From the human T2T-CHM13v2.0 reference genome, Homo sapiens, in NCBI RefSeq assembly GCF_009914755.1, contig NC_060926.1: DNA of 64,000 nt; one strand, 5' to 3'. Positions 59,341 through 64,000 of the stretch are shown here, piece by piece. The notes below the pieces were generated by a model. The model was not told where the DNA came from, ran no database searches, and saw only the letters and a list, made by a program, of their open reading frames with translations. The first letter of the stretch is position 1. The number at the start of each line of letters is the position of its first letter. Position numbers and translations under genes: made by a program.

Positions 59341-59519
59341 TATATGTCTTCTTCCCATATACTCTTTTTTTTTTTAAATAGGAGGCCAAGATTTTTAGTG
59401 TTCTCTTGAGGAACAATCAGATAAGCATATCTTGAAAGAGGAAGCTGACAGTGTTACAATTTGAATATAGACTAGAGTGAGGTAACAAAAATAACAAACA
59501 AATAAACAAAAAAGCCCCC

Positions 59520-59830
59520 ATGTTTATTTCTCATTCAGTTAACCAATGTTTATTTAATACTGCTATGTATTGGACCTGATCTATATATAAAAATAAGCTA
59601 GATCGAAATAATATGTCAAAACTCTAACCCACAAGAATGTTGCAGTAAATGAACAAACAGCTGTAAGGCAATATGAACAGATAAAGAATGTGCCAAGGAG
59701 GCAGAAAGGAATGAGCAATTAATTCTGTTGGTGTGGGTTTTGTTAATGTTTTGCAGAAGAGGTGGTATAAGAGCTGAGTCCTTTAGGGCATTGCCAGAAT
59801 AAACAAGGAGGAAAGACAATTATAGGCAAT
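59520..59830 (-). mobile_element. L2 3'-end fragment
   Basis: 'tcattcagttaaccaatgtttatttaatactgctatgt' and 'gagctgagtccttta' resemble the antisense L2 tail. Confidence 0.5.
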
Positions 59831-61610
59831 GGCCTTGGGGTTTGTAGCAACATCTTGATGAGAGGGCAGAAATGAAGAGAATTCTTAGAATAAACTGTCG
59901 CTAGAATTATCCATATAATTCACTGAGACTGATTATATTAAGGATCATCTTTCTTTCTGCAGAAGAAGGAATGCTTAAGTAGGTTCACCAGGTTTATACC
60001 ACAGGAATGAAGAGGATAGTCTCTGGCTGAGATTTTCAAAAATAAACTGGCCGCCCATTTTGAGGTCCCAAATAATACATTTGAGAAGCCTGTCCACTCA
60101 GTTAACATCAGTCATCATCATCTATTTACTGATTCCCTGTGTTAATTTGTTTCACATTAACTCACAGATTGCCCTTGACAAATGATTCCTCTTTTGTATG
60201 CCAGACACATACTTACATACATACATCCACACATAGAGAATGAAGAGAAAGGAGACCCACATTCAGAGCACTGCTTTTCTTACTAATGTCATCAGATCTA
60301 AGATGGTTTGGTGTAAAATCTTCCTTTGCTTTAAGTTACCTAAATGGGGTTTTCATATGCTAAGCACCCAGAAGCATTCAAATTGAGAGGGCCGTTTTCC
60401 TCAAAGTTTAGACTATTCAACTTTATAGAGTAGGCTCCTTCTTCTCACTGATATACCTAATCACCCAAGATATCAGGTTTTATTAACATATTGAATAATC
60501 AGTTTTGCCTATTTGTTTCATTAGGGTTTACCTAAAGAATTCTAACTATATCCCTTCATGCGTGAAAAAGAAATTTGTAGTCAAATATGTTTAGGAAACA
60601 CTAAACTAAGCACAGTTAAACAGGTTTTCTTACCCAACATTTCCAGAGTCCCTACTATGCCATATACTAGTATGAATTATGGATCTTTATGGGTGGATGA
60701 CATATAGTGTATGGTATTTTCCACTTTTGGCAGAAAAATTGGGTGAGCTAACTTTCTGTAAGAACAGATAGTGGGGATGACTTCACTGTGGTCCTCTTAG
60801 CTTTTCTCTAGTGGCCCCAGAAAAATTATCACTAAAGCAGTCTGGTTAATCTTCACATGGCTCTTATTTGTCCTTAATTATAAATGGTAACAGTATATAA
60901 ACTAGAAAACATTTGAGAAATTCTTTTCAAGTACTCTGAATAAAGGATAGAATAAACTCATTTTCTTAGATTTTATAATAAATGGGTCCTTCCTAGTAAA
61001 TGATCTCTGTCCTCACACTGTTAAAGTCGCATTAGTTCAGCTGAATGAAGGTCCCTGAGGCAAAAACAATAAATGGTTACTTTCTCATTCAACTACAGCA
61101 AGTTGACCTTCAATAAAATATGATACTTAAGATTGATAGTTATTGCTGATAGAGCTAAAAAGTAGTGGCAATTTTTTTTCCTTAGGGTGCATACATGCAA
61201 AATATATTGAATATATTTATTTAAAAATATAATCAAGTAGAATAAAATGTTAATCTATGTAACTGCTGGGAAACTGAGGAAAAATCATCAAATATTCACT
61301 TTATTAATTCATAATATTCTTGATGTAATAAAATTGTATTTAATTCAGGAGAATTAAATTCTCATGAAATTTAATTACTCAATTATGCCATAAATCGAGA
61401 CAACCTGAAGTATGGCTGACATTTGGAAAAAGAGAACAGCATTGAGTGAGGTCTTTTTTCTACATCTCCTTAACTGAGGATAAGCACTGGTCACTGCCAT
61501 GTGGGGTGGCTAAAATTCAGATACAGCGTATGCAGTATTGCATAGGAAGTATTGGCTTGAAAAAAATAGAGGGCAAAGTTTAGGGTCCCCATAGTAATGG
61601 GAAAGGAAAG

Positions 61611-61768
61611 TGTTACTGAAACCCCAGGGGTTCAGTCTAGGCCCTGCTACTTGCTGCACAGAAATCCAATCACTAAAACAGTGAGTATTGCCAGGAAAGA
61701 AGGCTTTAATCTGGTGCTGCAGCCAACAAGATGGGAGATTAGTCTCAAATTCATCTCTCTGACTAACA
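61611..61768 (-). mobile_element. Truncated MER66-like LTR fragment
   Basis: Colinear with 39527-39685. Confidence 0.7.
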
Positions 61769-61789
61769 TTAATTAATAAAATGTTGTGT

Positions 61790-62350
61790 AACAATATGAA
61801 GAGCTCTCTTGTACATGTAATTGGAGTCCTAGATGGAGAAAATGAAGAATATAGAACGAGTATTTATTTGAAGAAATAGTAGTCAAAATTTTCCCAAAGT
61901 TGTTGAAAAATATTTACAAATTGAAGAAGCATATAAAATAAATAAAGATATATCCAAAAAGCCCACTATTGAACTACATAGTCAAACTGCCAAGGATAAA
62001 GGCAACTGAAGAAAAATGAGGTACTACGTACAGTGGAACAATTATATGAATGTACACTGATTTCACATCTAAATTATGAAAACTAAAAGACATGAGAAAA
62101 CTTAAAAATGATGAGAGGGGAAAACAACCAACCATAACAACTGCATAAACAAACAAGCAAAAACCCTCAACTCATAATTTTAAATCCAGAGAAAATATAT
62201 TTTAAGAATAAAAGTATAGATATTTTTAGACAAACAACACTAAGACATTTCACCGCCAGCAGATTTTCGGTACAAATGAAACTAAAGGAAACTAGGCGGG
62301 CTAAAGGAAAATTATACCAGATGGAAACTAACTCAGGACAAGATGAAGAT
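61790..62350 (+). mobile_element. Ancient L1M ORF1-region fragment
   Basis: 'gtaattggagtcctagatggaga', 'atttgaagaaatagtagtcaaaattttcccaaa', 'ggaaaattataccagatggaaact'. Confidence 0.7.
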
Positions 62351-63688
62351 AACCAGAAACACCTAATATGTGGATACTGTTGGCTGTAGCGTAGATTTAA
62401 AAAAACAAACACACAAAAGGAATACAAAAAAAGAGTTAATATTTTAAGACATCTATACACGGAGATAGCAGAGTTTGGGGTCCTTGGGTGGTTCTGATTT
62501 ATTTTTTATGTTGATTGAATTCATCAGAAAATAATTTGACTTGGTAGTTCATGTTTATATTACCTTATATTAATTAATATTTTTGTCCCTTTCATTTTTC
62601 TCATTGTTCTACCCCATCCCCTTAAAAATTACAATAAATTTTTAAGAAGTCCACACATTGAAAAATCTGTAAGTTATATTAGACAGGAAGTTATGTAGTA
62701 ATGAAGCTAAGTGAAGCTCTTTGCTCAAATTTAAATGTAACCAGATGACCTAAGTAAATATATTAATTGAATTAAAATTTAATTTGTTGTAGAGCTATCC
62801 TTTGTTTAATTCTGTATTTATAGGTTAACTAGTGCTGTAAATCTGTAAAACAAACCAAAACAGTACATAATGCCATACCTCAATCTTTACTTAACACAAA
62901 CATCAACTCCAAATTAAATAAATGTTGTACTAAAACCCATTAAGTGTAGCAACGTGAGATCTATCAGGAGAAATATAAAATAAACAGTGATAAATCATTT
63001 TAGTAATAAGATGTCATTTTATATCTTACTACCGAAACACAATTCCTCTAAACTGACAAATGAATCTATTATCTTAAAAATGAAGGCAAATGTAAATTCT
63101 AATCAACTTTGAAATCTCTTTCATTTTTCCCATTATTTAAGTATTCTTGTGTTTCCAGTTAAGTCATATTTTAGAAAATAAATAAATTAGCATTTTTAGA
63201 TTGAGAAATATGAATTCTACTTTATGATGGCACAGATTAGCAGAAACATGAAGAGGAAGAAAAAAGTACAGTTGATGTAACAATATGGCTCAAAGATTTT
63301 TTAAAAACCCTCTGTTTTCTCAAGTGACCACTGATTACTTGAATATATCTACCTCACAAGCTTTGAACATTAAATTTTCTCATTCAAGAAACTGGTGTTA
63401 AACGTATTTGTACTATTCACTCCACATGAGCTTTCTGAATATCGTATGAACTAATGGATAACTAAATAAAGATTAAAAAGCAAAACCTTGGTGATCTTTT
63501 AAAATGTATTCCTGTATTGTCAATTTTATGTGCACACAAATACACACATTTTTATTAATGTAAATGTTTATTGTGAATAGTTTTTATACACTATGGGTTT
63601 GATTTATTTTAGCTAATAATTCTTTGATCTGTCCTTTAGATTTCCTTTATGAGATAAAATATGAATGACTAGGTGCAAAAAGATACCT

Positions 63689-63999
<311 letters not shown>

Positions 64000-64000
64000 C

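Overview
AT-rich primate (human-like) genomic DNA, intergenic or deep-intronic, made largely of transposon relics. I found no protein-coding exon, RNA gene or CRISPR array that I can support, and the listed ORFs are fragments of L1, Alu or ERV sequence or chance ORFs. Main contents: (1) a full-length decayed L1PB-class LINE-1 on + (about 2.4-11.1 kb) carrying an AluJ and a solo ERV1-type LTR; (2) a TSD-bounded L1PB on - (34.0-38.0 kb) missing about 2.4 kb of ORF2; (3) a complete THE1-type MaLR (27.3-30.0 kb); (4) a nested stack at 39-50 kb, where an old L1M contains a THE1 that contains a solo LTR, a two-LTR HERV-H provirus (42330-47973, perfect tRNA-His PBS, ATGGT TSD) and an LTR15-like solo LTR; (5) an MST/MLT1-type MaLR (51.9-56.0 kb) with L1PA, MLT2/THE1 and Alu insertions; (6) about 11 Alus plus MIR, L2 and MER relics. 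The least explained signals are an exact 41-bp copy shared between 19.0 kb and 24.6 kb, about 47 extra bases between the first L1's 5' end and its TSD, and a 24-bp perfect palindrome next to a MaLR truncation. I see no evidence of a new biological system. Subfamily names come from my recollection of consensus sequences and need Dfam/RepeatMasker confirmation.
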